From: a virus
Virus record (IMG/VR): IMGVR_UViG_3300045988_103437
Direction: 5' to 3' (one strand)
DNA: 35,262 bases
The number at the start of each line of letters is the position of its first letter. Positions within the stretch are counted from its first letter, which is position 1. Shown here piece by piece: positions 15,855-25,600 of the stretch. A program made the translations under genes and the position numbers. Under the pieces are notes generated by a model. The model was not told the origin of the DNA. It did not search any database and worked only from the letters and a program-made list of their open reading frames with translations.

Positions 15855-17033
15855 ATGAAGAATCTTGATGCGATTAAGAACGCAAAAGCAAAGTTTGCGC
15901 AGAACTTGAAAACTGCCATTGATTCCAAAGATGAAGCAAAAATGACCGAGGCTCTCAACGCCTATGCTGATAGCATTCAGCAGTCCATTATTTCCGTTGC
16001 TCAGGAAATTGGTGAAACTGCCGATAACACAATCCTTGCCAAGAGAGGATTCAGACAGCTTACAAGTGCAGAGCAGAAGTTCTACAACAACTTTGTAACA
16101 GCGGCAAAATCTGCTGATGTTAAGCAGGCTCTCACTGGTCTTGATGTTACAATTCCGCAGACGATTCTTGACACCGTGCTTGAGGACATTACAAACAATC
16201 ATCCGCTGCTTGATGCAATCGGCATCGAAAACACATACGGCTCTGTTAAGGCGATTTTTGCCACAGACACAAAACAGCTCGCCGCGTGGGGCGCTTTAAG
16301 CTCAAAAATCACACAGGAGCTTGCAGGCACGATTCAGGAAAAGGATTTCTCAACATCAAAGGTAAGCGCCTTTGTCCCTGTTCCGAAGGATATGCTTGAC
16401 CTTGGCGCTATATACATTGATGCATATGTTCGCAGAATCCTTGCGGACGCTCTCGCATATGCCCTCGAGGACGGTTTTATCAACGGCGACGGCAATGGCA
16501 AGCCGATTGGTATGCTTAAAGACCCCGAAGGAGCAGTAAAGGCAAACGCTTACACCGAAAAGACAGCAACAAAGCTCACAAGTCTTGACATTAAGTCGTA
16601 TATGGGTGTTGTTGCCAAGCTTGCGAAGGGCAAGGGCGGCAAGACAAACAACATCACATCGGTTGACCTCATCGTAAATCCTGTGGATTATCTCACAAAG
16701 ATTATTCCTGCGACGACTGTGCTTGCCACAGACGGCTCGTACAAGAACAACCTCTTCCCCTTCCCGACGAATGTTTATCCGTCTGAAATGGTTACAGAAG
16801 GTACCGCTGTTATCGGTCAGCTCTCAAGATATAAAGCCTGCCTCTCAACAGGCAAGGAAGGTAAGCTTGATTACTCTGACCAGTATCAGTTTATTGAGGA
16901 TAACAGAGTTTATCTTATTAAGGCTTATGCAACAGGTTTTTCGCTCCACACAAACGATTTTATCAAGCTCGACATTTCGGTGCTCAACCCTGCTGAAATT
17001 AAGGTAACTCTCAATCAGGCAACAACAGTTTAA
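15855..17033 (+). CDS. Major capsid protein (HK97 fold) with an N-terminal delta-like coiled coil.
   Basis: The 392-aa ORF directly follows the protease, and its helical N-terminal region is typical of HK97-type capsids. Confidence 0.85.
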   Translation: MKNLDAIKNAKAKFAQNLKTAIDSKDEAKMTEALNAYADSIQQSIISVAQEIGETADNTILAKRGFRQLTSAEQKFYNNFVTAAKSADVKQALTGLDVTIPQTILDTVLEDITNNHPLLDAIGIENTYGSVKAIFATDTKQLAAWGALSSKITQELAGTIQEKDFSTSKVSAFVPVPKDMLDLGAIYIDAYVRRILADALAYALEDGFINGDGNGKPIGMLKDPEGAVKANAYTEKTATKLTSLDIKSYMGVVAKLAKGKGGKTNNITSVDLIVNPVDYLTKIIPATTVLATDGSYKNNLFPFPTNVYPSEMVTEGTAVIGQLSRYKACLSTGKEGKLDYSDQYQFIEDNRVYLIKAYATGFSLHTNDFIKLDISVLNPAEIKVTLNQATTV

Positions 17034-17055
17034 TTTATCACGGAGGTGTTGAAAA

Positions 17056-17358
17056 ATGGGAATCATGAACGATGTAGTTAATATGCTTGATTTCGACCGC
17101 GAACACATTGAAACAGATGAAGGTACAAAGTCAAAAATTGAGTTAATTATAGCCAATGGAAAACAGCACCTCCGCGATTATAACCCTCTGTTAACTGATG
17201 AGGATTTTGAGCGACCAACAAGAGCAAGAAGTTTGCTGTTTGATTACTGCCGTTATGCTTACTCGAACGCTGTTGAAATGTTCGACCATAATTTTGAAAG
17301 CGAAATTCTGAAATTAAGGCAGGAATATGAGGTGAAAAGCTATGATTTTGAAGAATAA
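17056..17358 (+). CDS. Head-tail connector (gp6-like).
   Basis: Assigned from its position after the capsid gene and its size. Confidence 0.6.
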   Translation: MGIMNDVVNMLDFDREHIETDEGTKSKIELIIANGKQHLRDYNPLLTDEDFERPTRARSLLFDYCRYAYSNAVEMFDHNFESEILKLRQEYEVKSYDFEE

Positions 17359-17692
17359 CATAGATTTTTTAACCTTTAATGACGGTGTTGCGAAAATCTA
17401 TGAAACCGACGAAAACGATGACATCATCGCCGACAGCCTGAAAAAATATCGTTTTGGCAACGAAAAAATCGGTGTAACTCGTTTTTATGGTGCAAAGCAG
17501 AACGATATTGAATTGTCAAAAGTTATCCATGTTCACAAAGATGAAACTTTGAGAACTGATATGGCGGTTATCATTGACGGCACAAGGTTTAAAATCGAAC
17601 AGATACAGCATGACAAAAGTAAAAATCCCCCTTGCTCGATTGTGAGCCTGTCACAGAGGGGACTGTATGAGGGTGGTGCAGATGTTTTTTAA
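17342..17692 (+). CDS. Head closure / head-tail adaptor protein.
   Basis: Assigned from synteny and size. Confidence 0.55.
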   Translation: MILKNNIDFLTFNDGVAKIYETDENDDIIADSLKKYRFGNEKIGVTRFYGAKQNDIELSKVIHVHKDETLRTDMAVIIDGTRFKIEQIQHDKSKNPPCSIVSLSQRGLYEGGADVF

Positions 17693-18017
17693 GAATTACG
17701 ACGAATTTGTCGAACTCATTAAATCGTGTGGCATTAAATGTGTTGAGGCGGATTACAACAAATCAACTCCTGCACCCTATCTTGTTTATTTCAAGGATGA
17801 AGAAACAGGAACTTACGCAAACGGTGAATTGCTTTGGTTAAATGCAAAAATCATCATAGAACTCTACACAGCGAAAGATGACCATGCAAGCGAAACAAAG
17901 TTTGAAAAATGGCTCAACGAAAACGGCTTCGGTTGGAAAAAGCCGAACCGAGCGTGGGACACGACAAATAAACTTTGTGTAACTTATTACAATTTGGGCG
18001 TGACTTTTGATGAGTAG
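17682..18017 (+). CDS. Neck or tail-completion protein (unassigned).
   Basis: ATG 17682 follows GAGGGTGG. An alternative start is ATG 17667. Confidence 0.5.
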   Translation: MFFKNYDEFVELIKSCGIKCVEADYNKSTPAPYLVYFKDEETGTYANGELLWLNAKIIIELYTAKDDHASETKFEKWLNENGFGWKKPNRAWDTTNKLCVTYYNLGVTFDE

Positions 18018-18453
18018 TTACAAAAAAGTCGGTATTGACAGAATCGGCGATACTTTATCAAAAGAACTTGCAACCTACTCGGCTGACATCCAAATGGGTG
18101 TGCGATTGTTGGTTGACGAAAAATCCAAAGAACTTAAAAACGCAATCAAAAAAGAAGCACCTGTCGGCTACAGAAAAAAATATCGCAAATCGTTCAGAAT
18201 TAAAATCACGAACGAAACATTCAGGTTTTACGAAAAAACAGTTTATGCGGAAAAACCCGAGTATCGGCTTACACACCTTCTTGAAAAAGCTCGTAAAAAG
18301 AGAGGTAAAAAAGGCGGAACGATACAGCCGAAGATGCATATTGCTCCTGCGACGAAAAAAATACACGAAGAATTTGAAAGCGGAATAAAAAAGCTCATTA
18401 AATCATCGGAAGCTTTTGGTGGCGGTGATTTGAGCGGTATAAAAAGAATTTAA
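18007..18453 (+). CDS. HK97 gp10-family neck protein.
   Basis: The N-terminal pattern is IGDTLSKEL...KELKNAIKKEAPVGYRKKYRKSFRIK, and synteny agrees. Confidence 0.6.
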   Translation: MMSSYKKVGIDRIGDTLSKELATYSADIQMGVRLLVDEKSKELKNAIKKEAPVGYRKKYRKSFRIKITNETFRFYEKTVYAEKPEYRLTHLLEKARKKRGKKGGTIQPKMHIAPATKKIHEEFESGIKKLIKSSEAFGGGDLSGIKRI

Positions 18454-18475
18454 AAACATAAGGAGTGTTTATTTT

Positions 18476-19102
18476 ATGAATAAAACGATCAGAAAAGTTG
18501 GTTATGCTGTGCTGACAGAAGGCAGCACAGGCGAAATTACATACGGAACACCGATTTGGTTTAAATCCGATGAAGCAGGCGGCAGAAGTATCGGTGCAGA
18601 GCCTATCGGCGATTCAAACACAATCTACGCTGACGGCTTGCCTATTATTGTAGCGAGTGCAAATGGCGGTTACACAATCAGTCTTGAGCTTATTTCAGCA
18701 GTCGACGACATCGAAAAAGATTGGTTTGGCAATGATGAAGCTACAGAGGGCGGCATTATTGAGAAGGGCGGTATCAAAGTGATGCCGAGATTTGCCCTCC
18801 TCGCCGCAAAGGAAACATACAAAGGTGACAAGCTCTACGAGATTGACACATATTTTGACTGCGTAGCAGCAAGAGCGAGCAGAAACGACAAGACATCAGA
18901 GGGTAACTTTGATCCACAGTTCCCAACATTTACAATCACGTCAAAACCACGCCCTGACAATGACTTTGTGCGCTACACATCATATGCAGATACTCTGCCC
19001 GAAAGCGTTGTAACTCCTACTGTAAAGGCTGTAAAGGCTGCAAAATCGGCAGTTCCTACAGATCAGGCCTCATCAGACACTACAAAGGCGGCTAAGAGCT
19101 AA
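18476..19102 (+). CDS. Major tail protein.
   Basis: The 208-aa ORF lies directly before the chaperone pair and the tape measure gene. Confidence 0.75.
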   Translation: MNKTIRKVGYAVLTEGSTGEITYGTPIWFKSDEAGGRSIGAEPIGDSNTIYADGLPIIVASANGGYTISLELISAVDDIEKDWFGNDEATEGGIIEKGGIKVMPRFALLAAKETYKGDKLYEIDTYFDCVAARASRNDKTSEGNFDPQFPTFTITSKPRPDNDFVRYTSYADTLPESVVTPTVKAVKAAKSAVPTDQASSDTTKAAKS

Positions 19103-19434
19103 TGAAAGACACAGTTGTTATTAACGATAAAAATGTTGAGGTTGAGGTTACGGCTTACACAATGCTCATCTACGAGGACACATTCAAAGGCCACAGTTTT
19201 CTGCGTGATGCCGACCGTGTTCTGGTTAAAAATCTTAACGATGTAAAGTTCGGTTCTGCCGTAAAGCTTTTGTGGGCAGCGGCAAAGACGGCGGACGATA
19301 CAATTTCCAACTTTAAGACTTGGGCGAAAGAAATCAGCATTAAGGACGCTATTTCGGCGACTGACACAATTATCGAGCTCATCGTTGACAGCCTTAAAAG
19401 CGACAGCCCAAAAGCGACAGCGACAGCGACCTAA
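19102..19434 (+). CDS. Tail assembly chaperone, short (G-like) form.
   Basis: It lies between the major tail protein and the tape measure gene and ends at TAA 19432-19434. Confidence 0.75.
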   Translation: MKDTVVINDKNVEVEVTAYTMLIYEDTFKGHSFLRDADRVLVKNLNDVKFGSAVKLLWAAAKTADDTISNFKTWAKEISIKDAISATDTIIELIVDSLKSDSPKATATAT

Positions 19435-19733
19435 ACGGATTTAAAACTTTCCTGACGGCGAAAGAGGTCTTATCTTATGCCGTCAGGTGTGGTCTGACTG
19501 TCGCTGATTTACAAAGATTTACAATAGGTTTTGTGTTGGATTATATCGAAACCTATTTTGCATTGCAAAATAATAAAAACATCCATGAAGATGAAGAAAA
19601 ATATCAGAAAATGAAATCTGTGTTGCCTTTCGTGACAGAAAGATTTGAAAGTAAAGAAATCTCGGAAAAGCAGTATAGCGAGTTTATGAACAGATACAAA
19701 AAGTTGGAGGATAGATATGGCATCTACAATTAA
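19102..19733 (+). CDS. Tail assembly chaperone, long (GT-like) form, made by a -1 frameshift at 19413.
   Basis: The -1 frame is open from 19398 to the stop at 19731-19733. The track shows only its GTG-initiated tail (19533..19733). Confidence 0.6.
19407..19413 (+). promoter_or_regulatory. Slippery heptamer C_CCA_AAA for a programmed -1 ribosomal frameshift.
   Basis: The heptamer is in the correct phase of the 19102 frame. It lies inside the roughly 36-nt window where the -1 frame is already open, after the TAA at 19395-19397. Confidence 0.65.
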
Positions 19734-22700
19734 GGGTATTACCGTCAAAATTGCAGGCGATACAATGGACTTGCAGAAATCCCTAAAAGCTGTACAGTCC
19801 TCATCGGCGAGCTTACAGAGCGAATTGTCGGCTGTTAACAGACAATTAAAGTTTGACCCCGAAAACACTGTCTTACTTGCTCAAAAGCAAGAAGTGCTAA
19901 AAGAACAAATTGAAAACAGCAAATCTGCCCTTGACCGCTTGCTTGAGGTACAAAATCAAGTTGAAGAGCAGGCAAAAAACGGCGAAATTTCAACGGAGCA
20001 GTACAGAGCTTATCAGCGTGAAGTTGAAAAAACCAAAAGCAAACTCAACTCCTTTAACGAACAACTTGACAAGACAAGAGACGAATTTGATAAAGTCGCA
20101 AATGGGGTTGAAAACCTTGAAAATAAGTCGAATAAAACTGATTTATCCAAGGTCAAAAAAGAAATGGATGACGTTAAATCCTCTGCTGACAATCTCAAAT
20201 CTGCTGTTGGTGATGCATTAAAAGAAGCAGGCGCAGCGGCAACAACGGTTGGCGGAGCGTTGACCGGAACTGTCATAAGTGCAAACAGTGAAGAAAAAGC
20301 TTTAAATTCCTTGCAGGCTCAAACCGGCTTGACCGCCGAGGAGATGACAAAGTACAAAGATGTCCTTGAAGAGGTTTACAAAGGAAATTTCGGCGAATCT
20401 CAGGAAGAAGTTGCAAATGTCCTTGCTTTGATTAAGCAGACAACGAACGAGACCAATCCAAGTAAGCTTAAAGATATGACCGAAAATCTCTTTACATTGA
20501 GAGATACATACGATTACGATTTTGTCGAAACCTTGAGAGCGGTCAACATGCTTATGGAGCAGTTTGGCATAACAGGCGAAGATGCTTTTAATCTCATTGC
20601 GCAGGGCAGTCAAAAAGGCCTTAATAAAAACGGTGATTTGCTTGATACAATCAATGAATACTCCGTACATTACAAGCAACTCGGCTATGATGCAAACGAG
20701 TTTTTTAATTCGCTTGAAAATGGCTCTAAAGCAGGTACTTTCAGTATCGACAAGCTTGGCGATGCCATGAAAGAGTTTGGAATTCGTTCTAAAGATACAA
20801 CCTCGAGTACGCAGGAGGGATTTACTCTTCTTGGTTACGGCGCAAAAGCCTCAGCTGAGGACATTCAAAAAGCCAAAGATGAAGTCGCAAAGCTCGAAAA
20901 AAATCTTTACTATGCAAAAGAGGAGCAAAAAGGCTTTAACAATTCGACGAGCGAATTAACAAAGCAAAAGAATGCCGATAAAATTGAACAATATTCAAAG
21001 GCGCTAAAAACTGCTGAAGAAAATCTTGCAAATCTCGAATCAGCAGGCAAAGGCACAAAAGGTAGTATTGAGGATTTGCAGGCAAGATTTGCAAAAGGCG
21101 GAGACAGCGCAAAATCCGCAACATCAGAAGTCTTAAAGGCTCTTTTTGAGATGGACGATAAGGTCAAGCAGAATCAGGCAGGTGTTGACCTCTTCGGTAC
21201 GATGTGGGAAGATTTGGGCATAGACGGTGTAAAAGCTTTAATGAAAGTTAATGGCTCCGCCGACAAGGCCAAAAATACCATGAAAAAGATTAAAGACATC
21301 AAATATGATGATGTTGAAGCTGATTGGGCAAGCCTTGGCAGAACGGTGCAAACCGATGTTATTAATCCTATCGGCAAATCGCTGTTTCCGGAAGTCAAAA
21401 AACTCTGTAAATTTGCGAGCAAGCATACAGATGATATTATTCCGACGCTAAAACAGATTGGTGTTTTAACTACTGCTATTTGGTCGGGTAAAAAGGCCAC
21501 TAAAATAGTTACAGAAATCAAAAATCTGTGGGGAGCTTACAAGTCTTTGAAAGCGGCAACAGATGCCGCTAAAATCTCACAAGAGGGGCTTAACACTGCT
21601 CAAAAAGCAAATTTGTGGGGATTAGTTGCAGGTTTAGTTGTTGGTGCTATAGGCGAAATTTGGGCATTTTCAGAGGCTAACGACAGTGCAAAACAATCCC
21701 AAGAAGAACTTAACGAAGCTCAGGAAAAAGCAAAAGAAGAAATCAAAGAGTTGAAAGATGCCAATGATGAATATGTTCAGAGCAAAAAAGATGCAGCGGC
21801 TGAGGTTGAAAGCGAATTTCAATATTATGACAATTTGTGGGGCGAATTGCAAGGAATTGTAGACCAAAACGGCAAAGTCAAGAAAGGTTACGAGGACAGA
21901 GCAAAATTTATTACCAATGAATTGAGCCGAGTTACAGACGATGAAATCACTTGGAACGGTAATGTTATTCAATCATATAAAGACCTTAAAGGCTCAATTG
22001 ATGATGCACTTGAATCAAAGAAAGCTCTTGCTATGTTATCAGCTACAGAAGATGCTTATCAGACTGCTGTATCGGGTCTTGCAGGAGCAAAAACTGATGC
22101 AATAAATGCTTATGCCAAAAAGAAAAAAGCACAAGAAGAGCGCGACAGTGCAGCGGAAACCGCACAAAAATATAATACAGGAGGACTTGACAGAAACAAA
22201 AGAATAATCAAAATCGCGGGGTGGGCATTTGAGAACGGAAAAATCTCGCAAACCGATTATCAAAAATACCTTAAAGACGCACAGAATAAGCAGAATACAG
22301 CTAAAAACGAGCGTGCTTTATCATCATTTGGCGCGGCATACGGTGCTGAAAGTCAAAAAGCTAAAGATAACCTCAAAGAGAAAGAAAAAACTCTTAAGGA
22401 AGTTGAAAGCAAATATAACGAGTATCAAAGAAAACTCGTCAATTATAATAGCACGATTCAAAACTACGAAAACCTCACAGCGGCAACCGCAAAAGGTAAC
22501 ACCGAAGAAATTAAAGCCGCAATGTCGGATGTCGCGAACAGTATTGTTACATACACAACAGGCACTAAAGATGCTCTCGAACAGCAGGTCAATGATTTTA
22601 AGACAAATGCTGAGAATCTAAAAACGGCATACAAAGATGGGGTTGAAGGCGTAACAAAAGACCAAGTCGAAGAAGCCGAAGAATTGCAGGAAAGGGCAGA

Positions 22701-23649
22701 AATTGAACTTGCTAAGTACAATGATATGTACGGCACGGTTGCCGCAATTGCTACGGGTAAAGCTGACGAAATCAACGCACAGCAGAAGAAAATCAAAGAA
22801 GGTTTTATTGATGCCGAAACAGGCTCGAAAGAGAGCCTTGAAAATCAGCTCACGAACTTTACTGCAAACTACGAACTCTTAAAAACTGCAATGGCTGAAA
22901 ATCAACCGGGCGTAACCCAAAAAATGGTTGATAATGCAAAAGAGCTTGTAGATAAGGCAACCGGGGAGCTTAAAAAACTTGAAGGCAACGGCGAAACTGC
23001 AGGCAAAAACGGCACTGAGGGCGTAAGTGATGGTATGAAAAATGAAGATGCCCTTGATAAAGTTGATAAGTCAGGCAAAAAGGTTCTCAGCAAAGCCGAA
23101 AACAGTTTTTCAGAGAGTTACAACAAAGGCTATCAAAAAGGTAAGGATTTTACTCAGGGCTATATTAAAGGCTTGAGCGAGGGCGGACCTACAGGAAGTC
23201 TTCACGCGGAAACGAATAGGCAGGCCAGACAACTCGCAGAGACAGGTCTTATTTCTCTTGCAAATGCACAGGATTCACACTCACCATCAAAAAAGACGAG
23301 GAAACTTGGAGCTTACTTCGGCGAGGGTTATCGTCTTGGAATCGCCGATGAAATTGCCGAAACACAAAAGACGGTAAGGTCTTTAACCTCAAGGGCCTTG
23401 TCAGCGGTTGAATGTAATCCAATTGGAGCGGTGAACAATAAATTTGCAGACATTCGCACGCAAAGCCAAAATGCGACAGTAAACGGTCAAATGTTGAAAG
23501 CTGTTACTACAAATTTACCTACGATTGAGATTAAATTTGCAGGCGATGTAAATATCAATAATGACATGGATGTTGACGAATTTAACCGCCGTGTATCAAA
23601 TGCGATCATGCAGACACTTGTCTGTGAAGTATCAAAATGGGGAGGTTAA
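19717..23649 (+). CDS. Tape measure protein.
   Basis: The 1310-aa protein is largely coiled-coil with central hydrophobic segments. GGAGG precedes ATG 19717. Confidence 0.9.
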   Translation: MASTIKGITVKIAGDTMDLQKSLKAVQSSSASLQSELSAVNRQLKFDPENTVLLAQKQEVLKEQIENSKSALDRLLEVQNQVEEQAKNGEISTEQYRAYQREVEKTKSKLNSFNEQLDKTRDEFDKVANGVENLENKSNKTDLSKVKKEMDDVKSSADNLKSAVGDALKEAGAAATTVGGALTGTVISANSEEKALNSLQAQTGLTAEEMTKYKDVLEEVYKGNFGESQEEVANVLALIKQTTNETNPSKLKDMTENLFTLRDTYDYDFVETLRAVNMLMEQFGITGEDAFNLIAQGSQKGLNKNGDLLDTINEYSVHYKQLGYDANEFFNSLENGSKAGTFSIDKLGDAMKEFGIRSKDTTSSTQEGFTLLGYGAKASAEDIQKAKDEVAKLEKNLYYAKEEQKGFNNSTSELTKQKNADKIEQYSKALKTAEENLANLESAGKGTKGSIEDLQARFAKGGDSAKSATSEVLKALFEMDDKVKQNQAGVDLFGTMWEDLGIDGVKALMKVNGSADKAKNTMKKIKDIKYDDVEADWASLGRTVQTDVINPIGKSLFPEVKKLCKFASKHTDDIIPTLKQIGVLTTAIWSGKKATKIVTEIKNLWGAYKSLKAATDAAKISQEGLNTAQKANLWGLVAGLVVGAIGEIWAFSEANDSAKQSQEELNEAQEKAKEEIKELKDANDEYVQSKKDAAAEVESEFQYYDNLWGELQGIVDQNGKVKKGYEDRAKFITNELSRVTDDEITWNGNVIQSYKDLKGSIDDALESKKALAMLSATEDAYQTAVSGLAGAKTDAINAYAKKKKAQEERDSAAETAQKYNTGGLDRNKRIIKIAGWAFENGKISQTDYQKYLKDAQNKQNTAKNERALSSFGAAYGAESQKAKDNLKEKEKTLKEVESKYNEYQRKLVNYNSTIQNYENLTAATAKGNTEEIKAAMSDVANSIVTYTTGTKDALEQQVNDFKTNAENLKTAYKDGVEGVTKDQVEEAEELQERAEIELAKYNDMYGTVAAIATGKADEINAQQKKIKEGFIDAETGSKESLENQLTNFTANYELLKTAMAENQPGVTQKMVDNAKELVDKATGELKKLEGNGETAGKNGTEGVSDGMKNEDALDKVDKSGKKVLSKAENSFSESYNKGYQKGKDFTQGYIKGLSEGGPTGSLHAETNRQARQLAETGLISLANAQDSHSPSKKTRKLGAYFGEGYRLGIADEIAETQKTVRSLTSRALSAVECNPIGAVNNKFADIRTQSQNATVNGQMLKAVTTNLPTIEIKFAGDVNINNDMDVDEFNRRVSNAIMQTLVCEVSKWGG

Positions 23650-23651
23650 AG

Positions 23652-24434
23652 ATGAGGCATAGTTTTACATATAACGGCACCAATTTGCGGACATTGGGAT
23701 TTTTTATAACTACACCTCCTAAATATCAAATTGCAAAGCGTAATTTTGATTTTACCCCTGTCTACGGCAAAAACGGCGGAGCGATTTCCGACAATGGTGT
23801 TTTCGATAATGTTGAAATGCAGATTGAGGTCAACAGTTATCCGTACATTGTACCGAACGAAAGCAATGCTGAGCTTGTAAGAGCGTTTGCAGAATGGCTT
23901 ACCGTTTGGGACGGCGAGTATAAAATCTTTAAGGATTCATATAACCCTGGCTATTTTACAAAAGCGATTTGTACAGGAATTGAGCCAATAGAAGAGGTTG
24001 CCCCCCTTTGCTTGTCAACAACAATAAATTTTAGTCGAATACCGTATTGGTACAGTGACTTGGGACAGGAGATTATCAGACCGAAATTAACTTCGACACA
24101 AAACGCAGAAATCGAGGTCTATAATCCTGAAAATTACACCGCAGAGCCTTTCATCAAGATTATCAATAAAGGCGCAAAAGTTAATCCGTTGACGCTGACG
24201 GTTAATGATAGCCAAACTTTAACGGTTAAAACATCATCGGATAAGGATTATATTGAACTTGATTCCGAACAGCAGTCCGCTTCTTTCAACAACGGCATGA
24301 GTTTGGCAAACAATTGCATAATCTGCACAGAGTTTCCAAAGTTTTTGCCCGGTTGGAATAAAATAAAACTCTCAGGAAAAAGTGCAAATGCGTTTACTGA
24401 CATTGAAATTAAACCGAATTGGAGGAGATTGTAA
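23652..24434 (+). CDS. Distal tail protein (Dit).
   Basis: It directly follows the tape measure gene, and GGAGG precedes ATG 23652. Confidence 0.7.
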   Translation: MRHSFTYNGTNLRTLGFFITTPPKYQIAKRNFDFTPVYGKNGGAISDNGVFDNVEMQIEVNSYPYIVPNESNAELVRAFAEWLTVWDGEYKIFKDSYNPGYFTKAICTGIEPIEEVAPLCLSTTINFSRIPYWYSDLGQEIIRPKLTSTQNAEIEVYNPENYTAEPFIKIINKGAKVNPLTLTVNDSQTLTVKTSSDKDYIELDSEQQSASFNNGMSLANNCIICTEFPKFLPGWNKIKLSGKSANAFTDIEIKPNWRRL

Positions 24435-25600
24435 TGTACCCTATTTTGTATAACATCGCTGACTATTACAAAAATCCAACACCATTGTTTGAATCTAATG
24501 GTTTCGGTTTTTTGACTGAATGCACCGAGTTTTTGACGACAATGGAGCAAAATGGCACATACAGCTTTAGCATGAAAATAAAAAGCACGGATAAGCTCGC
24601 GCCGAAAATTAAAATAACTTCATATGTCAAAGCGAAAGTAAATAATGTATCCGAGCCACAGTATTTTTTTGTCACAAAAATAGAAGTCGATAAAAACGGT
24701 GATTTAACCGTGTCGGGCGAACATGTGTCAAGAATGTTCTTTCAGAACGGAACAATTCCTCGTGCAATGGACGGATCGATGTATGGCACGCCGAAAGAAC
24801 TCATTGACCACTTTATGCGAGACTACAGCATAGTAGGAGAACCTCTGCATATGTGGTTTACGGAAGCCCCATATAAGTGGTTTAGCTTCAGTTCATCAAT
24901 CACAGCAAAGAAAAGAATTTACTTGGGCTATTCACAGGCGGTAAAGTTTGAGGATATCTTCAAAGACGATGACGAAGGGTTGATAAATCAGTTTGACGGT
25001 GTTCTGTATTTTAACAATTTTGATATTCATTTTGAAAAAATCACCACAGCAGGTGCGAAAAGCGGCTATCGCATAGCTTTCGGCGCTAATGTGTCAGATT
25101 ATAAGCAGACTGCTGAAATCGGCAACTACTATACACATGTTATGCCTTACGCACGATGCAACACTACTAATAATAAAGAAGTCGTCGTGTCAAGCCCTGA
25201 ACCATATGAAACAGGTTTAAAACGGAGTATTAAAAACACATATTTATTTGATTGCACCAATAAAATCAAGAAATACACTTTAAACCCAAGCACCGGCGAA
25301 AACTACGAAGAAGTCAGAGATGCCTTGCGATATGCGGTCGCTAATTATAACTATTCGACGGAACAAACATCGGAAACACTGAGCATAAAAGTAACTCTCG
25401 AAAATGAGCTTACAAAAATGCACGCAATCAAACTTTATGACGAAGTGACGGTTGTAATGCCGGACGGCACTAATCTTAGCCGAAGAATTTCAAAAACGGT
25501 CTACGATAGTGTATCTCAGAAATACAAAGAAATTACAATCGGCGACTTAAGTATGTCAATGTCTGATTTGCTCAAAATTCAAAGGAGGTTTAAAAGATAA
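24434..25600 (+). CDS. Tail-associated protein (Tal / minor structural protein N-terminal domain).
   Basis: It follows Dit, and GGAGG precedes ATG 24434. Confidence 0.65.
   Translation: MYPILYNIADYYKNPTPLFESNGFGFLTECTEFLTTMEQNGTYSFSMKIKSTDKLAPKIKITSYVKAKVNNVSEPQYFFVTKIEVDKNGDLTVSGEHVSRMFFQNGTIPRAMDGSMYGTPKELIDHFMRDYSIVGEPLHMWFTEAPYKWFSFSSSITAKKRIYLGYSQAVKFEDIFKDDDEGLINQFDGVLYFNNFDIHFEKITTAGAKSGYRIAFGANVSDYKQTAEIGNYYTHVMPYARCNTTNNKEVVVSSPEPYETGLKRSIKNTYLFDCTNKIKKYTLNPSTGENYEEVRDALRYAVANYNYSTEQTSETLSIKVTLENELTKMHAIKLYDEVTVVMPDGTNLSRRISKTVYDSVSQKYKEITIGDLSMSMSDLLKIQRRFKR

Noticed and set aside
19414-19431. A (GCGACA)3 microsatellite, considered as a phase-variable tract.
   Set aside because: The unit is a multiple of 3 and only three copies long. 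It simply encodes ATATAT at the chaperone C-terminus (SDSDSD in the -1 frame), so no frame-switching potential is evident.
19509-23093. Many minus-strand and alternative-frame ORFs inside the tape measure gene, for example 19509..19868, 20302..20679, 21174..21521, 21670..21972 and 22464..22796.
   Set aside because: They lie fully inside a 1310-aa gene supported by synteny. They lack an RBS, and their low-complexity Ser/Leu/Phe-rich translations are typical of antisense reading of Lys/Glu/Ala-rich coding sequence.
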